Origin: Chrysemys picta bellii
Lineage: Eukaryota
DNA: 64,000 nucleotides
NCBI RefSeq assembly: GCF_011386835.1
Contig: NC_088791.1
Location: forward strand, 356,252,001-356,316,000
Reading direction: 5' to 3'
Made by a program: the position numbers and the translations under genes. Positions 60,328 to 64,000 of this stretch are shown piece by piece (positions within the stretch are counted from its first letter, which is position 1; each line of letters begins with the position of its first letter). The notes beneath the pieces were generated by a model. The model had not been told where the DNA came from and searched no databases. It was given only the letters and a program-made list of their open reading frames with translations.

Positions 60328-61275
60328 TCAGGTCCCTTTATGAGTACACAGCTGGAGCAGCCTGTCCCGGATCTGTCTGGTCCTCACCCCGTAAATGATG
60401 GGGTGTAGCACAGGGGGCACCAGCTGGTACAGACTGGTCGTGAGAACAAGGAAGTGCAGTGGCACATTGTGGCCAAACCTCTGAATGAGGGAGGAGAAGA
60501 AACGTGGGATGTACAAAGGTGAGATGGCACAAAGATGAGAGATGCAGGTCCCAAAAGTTTTGAGCCGGGCATCCTTTGTGGGGAGGCGGAAGATGGCCCG
60601 GAGGATCTGAGTATAGGACACTGTGATAAAAAACACATCCATTCCGGTCACAGAGAGAAGATCAAACAGGCCATAGTAACTACTGATGCGGATGTCAGCA
60701 CAGGCCAGCTTCACCACAGACATATGCCCACAATAGTAGTGGGGGATAATGTTGGTTCTGCAATATGGCCACTGCCTCGCCAGGAAGGGATAGGGTAATG
60801 TGATTATGACACTACGCAGCAGCACGGCAAGGCCTATCTTGGCCACAACAGAGTTTGTCAGGATTGTGGAATATCTCAGAGGATTGCAGATGGCCACGTA
60901 GCGATCAAAAGCCATGGCCACGAGGATTCCAGACTCCATCGCTGAGAAGGAGTAAACAAAGTACATCTGGGTGAGGCAGGCACTGAAACTGATCTCCCTG
61001 GAATTGAACCAGAAGATGCTCAGCATTTTGGGCAGGGTGGATGTGGACATGACCAGGTCGGTGATGGCCAGCATGCAGAGGAAATAGTACATGGGCCCAT
61101 GGAGGATTGGCTCCCTCTTCACGATGAACAGGATGGTGAAGTTCCCCAACACGGCTATGGCGTACATAGCACAGAAGGGGATGGAGATCCAGATATGGGC
61201 TGCCTCCAGGCCAGGAATGCCAAGTAGGATGAAGGTGGAGGGGTTGGTGAAGTTGGTTGTGTTTGAATCTGACAT
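60328..61275 (-). CDS. Olfactory receptor, class I OR52-like (A3), intact, 315 aa (332 aa from the upstream ATG at 61326)
   Basis: MAFDRYVAICNPLRY, KTFGTCISH and [14 protein letters not shown]; no stops. Confidence 0.96.
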   Translation of the reverse strand: MSDSNTTNFTNPSTFILLGIPGLEAAHIWISIPFCAMYAIAVLGNFTILFIVKREPILHGPMYYFLCMLAITDLVMSTSTLPKMLSIFWFNSREISFSACLTQMYFVYSFSAMESGILVAMAFDRYVAICNPLRYSTILTNSVVAKIGLAVLLRSVIITLPYPFLARQWPYCRTNIIPHYYCGHMSVVKLACADIRISSYYGLFDLLSVTGMDVFFITVSYTQILRAIFRLPTKDARLKTFGTCISHLCAISPLYIPRFFSSLIQRFGHNVPLHFLVLTTSLYQLVPPVLHPIIYGVRTRQIRDRLLQLCTHKGT

Positions 61276-63523
61276 AGCGTAGGGGAGAAAGTGTCCAACT
61301 CTGAGGCATAAGGATGTCTCCTTCATGTACCATATGCTCTCCTGACTTTCTGTGTGTTCTCAGGGTCTCTGGTGATGGTCACAGGAGAAATGCCTGAATG
61401 GAGAGACAACGTTAATATGAGACACTGCATGCACTAGTGGAGGCTGTTCTCACGGGAGAAGCAGATTAATCACTCTTCACACACTGATTTATGACATTTT
61501 CATTATTCTGAGAAAATAATTATGAACAATGACCCTACTAAATCCGATTCCATATTTTTGTTGTGCTCCCTGAATTAATAATTTCTACAATTTTTTGTGG
61601 GGGGACCTTAAGAGGCACCAGCAGGAAACACAAATATGGATACTGGTTATCCATCATTGTTCCTGAATGCATTGAGAGATAGGATAGGGAGTCCATACTG
61701 AAGGGAGTTCCCCATTCATCCAGTTGCTCAAAATCAGAGAGGGGAAAAAAACAAACTTTTCCACAGACATGTGCTGGGAGAAACATGTCAGCTAGAACAT
61801 ACCTCAGAGAAAATACCTGGGCGCCATTGATAGCAGCTCAAGAGAAACACCCGCTCATTCCCAGCAGTGGACAAAACAAAACAATGTTCAGATCTCTAAG
61901 ATATGGGATGGAGAATAACATATTCGGGAATGTATTCAGTTTTGGTCACTCTCTACTAAGGATAGAAAACTCTGGGACTCTTTAGTTTATACAAGAGACA
62001 AAGGTGAGAGCATATGATATAGGAGAGGAAAATAAAAAATGAAACTGATTTACATTCCAAAGGACAGTTCCCAACTAGTACTATCGATAGACACTTAGTG
62101 CTCCAAGACAACAAATTCCCCAAAGCTCAGGAAAATTGTCAGCAAAACTGATTGGGAGGAAAAGTTTAGACAAAAAAATATGAATTTATATTGGTAATTC
62201 TTTGATAAGAAAGTGAAGGCAGCATTTAGGGGGAGGGAAGCAATATGTAACAAAGAGGAAATGGGAAAATAGCGAGCCAAGAATAGAAATCGGAATTTAA
62301 AAAAATGTATCAGGAACATTAAGACATCAGGGGAAAACTCCAAGTTTGGCAGGGCTATGGATTACAAAAAGGAGGTTATTATGTATATTAAGAACAAATG
62401 AAATCCTAGAAAAGTTTTATGTCAATTCCTGTGTTAAATGTAAAGTATTAAAAAATAAAGGGAAAGGGCTTTTTTTATAAAAGAATTGATAAGGTTAAGA
62501 AACAGTGGGAAATCGGACATGGGATTAGTTCAAAGAAAAATCTAGAAATGTAAGTAATGCCAGTCACCAAGAGGGTCTATGCAAAACAGATCTTGTCAAA
62601 TAAACCTGATTTCATCCTTTTATGAGAGTACACATTGGTTGATCACGGGTTCACATGTGGTGGATCAAGGGAACAGTGCAGGTGCAACGTACCTTGATTT
62701 CTCAGAGTCATTTGATTTAGTAGGGGAAAATATTGAGTTGGAGCAGGGGAAGGATTTTATCTCTTCACATGCAATTGGTGAAATAAACTGCATCCAGTTC
62801 TGGGATCCACATTTGAAAAAAGATGGTGAAAACTTGGAGAGGGTGCAGAAAAGAGCCACAAAAATTCTTGGAGGATAGAGAAAAAGCCGGATTGTTAGAC
62901 TTTAAGGTGTATATCTCTTTAACTTATCAAAAAGATGATCAAGCGGACACTTTTATGGAGAGAAAATCATGGGTAAAAATGGGTTCAGTAATCTACCAGA
63001 CAAAGAAAGGCTGGGCAAGACCTAAGGGCTGGAAGCCGAATCCAGGAAAATTCCAGCTCGTAATTAGGGCCAAATATTTAGCAAGGAGGGTGATTAACCA
63101 TTGTTCATTTAGGTTTTAAGATGATTAGTGGTGTTTGGACACCTAACATAGGGAATGCCAGTGAAAATGGGGTAGGTTCAGATACTAAAATACGGAAAGA
63201 AGAATTTAAAAATTACTTGGACAAGTTAGATGTCTTCAAGTCACCAGGGCCTGATGAAATGCAACCTAGGATACTCCTAAGGAACTGACTGAGGAGATAT
63301 CTGAGCCATTATCTATTGTCTTTGAAAAGTCATGGGACAAAGAGGAGATTCCGGAAGACTGGAAAAGAGCACATATAGTGCCTATCTATAAAAAGGAATA
63401 AGGGAAACCCACGCAATTACAGACCAGTCAGCTTAACTTCTGTACCAGGTAAGAGAATGTAGCAATTTATTAAGGAATCGATTTGCAAACATCTAGAAGA
63501 TAATAAAGTGATAAGTGATAGTC

Positions 63524-64000
63524 CCCATATCTTGATGCATTTTATTTATTTATTTATTAACCTGAGGGCGTTACCACAATTTTTTTGTTTAGACTGAACA
63601 CACCTGTATTTTTATTTGTGGGTGTTACCACAACACCCAAATAGGCCTAACACATGAGGGTGTTACTACAACCCCTTAATTTAAATAAGTTTGACCTATA
63701 CCACTTATTGGGTTATCTTGGGGATTTGAGGGATTACCACAACACCTTAACTTAGCCCCGCGTATGCATACCACTATCCTTACATGGGACAACTACGTTT
63801 TCACTACAGTTTTGCATTTGATTTTGTTGCATAAGCAAAAGTTTGTATGGGGTGAGCCCAAAAGGACAGATGGCCCCACGGTCAGTTCTTTTTTGACACC
63901 CCAGCAGAAATTTCAAAAGGTTTTTTACCTTTGGCTTGGCGCCTGGCGTTTGAAGGGGAACGGTCCGTAGTAACGGTTGCTGCCTTAACCGGGCATAGCC
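63524..64000. other. Second copy of the unclassified insert (runs off the window)
   Basis: Identical to 42344-42792, then three G/A differences. Confidence 0.85.

Larger units (their letters stand above)
54390..64000 (+). repeat. Direct segmental duplication of ~28851-42820 (minus lineage-specific TE insertions)
   Basis: Collinear order: Harbinger, OR-B, MITE, CR1, X, OR-A, CR1 mosaic, unclassified insert. Confidence 0.95.

Overview
Vertebrate genomic DNA, almost certainly turtle. This is inferred from turtle-type CR1 LINEs, a tRNA-head/CR1-tail SINE, Penelope fold-back remnants and expanded class I OR52-like receptors; the species cannot be determined. The window is part of an olfactory receptor cluster built from a tandemly repeated two-gene module, OR-B(+) -> spacer X <- OR-A(-). 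It holds four intact single-exon ORs of about 315 aa (A1 7056-8003 +, B1 30432-31379 +, A2 39108-40055 -, A3 60328-61275 -) and one pseudogene (B2 56426-57339 +). Most of the rest is transposable-element sequence: many CR1 copies, two nested Gmr1-type (INT-before-RT) Gypsy elements plus a solo LTR, a Harbinger element, a hAT element with perfect TIRs and TSD, a SINE and two Penelope hairpins. Main observations: (1) an ~8.9-kb inversion carrying OR-A1, whose breakpoints are reciprocal chimeras of two CR1 subfamilies; (2) an unclassified ~0.9-kb insert with repeated palindromes, lying in a 560-bp tract that is 100% identical between otherwise ~5-7%-diverged duplicates; (3) two TSD-flanked Penelope fold-backs, one keeping a hammerhead-ribozyme core; (4) a conserved candidate OR promoter block that is missing upstream of the only pseudogenised copy. 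I see no clear evidence of a wholly new gene system; the unclassified insert is the best candidate for something undescribed. All alignments and divergences were judged by eye.
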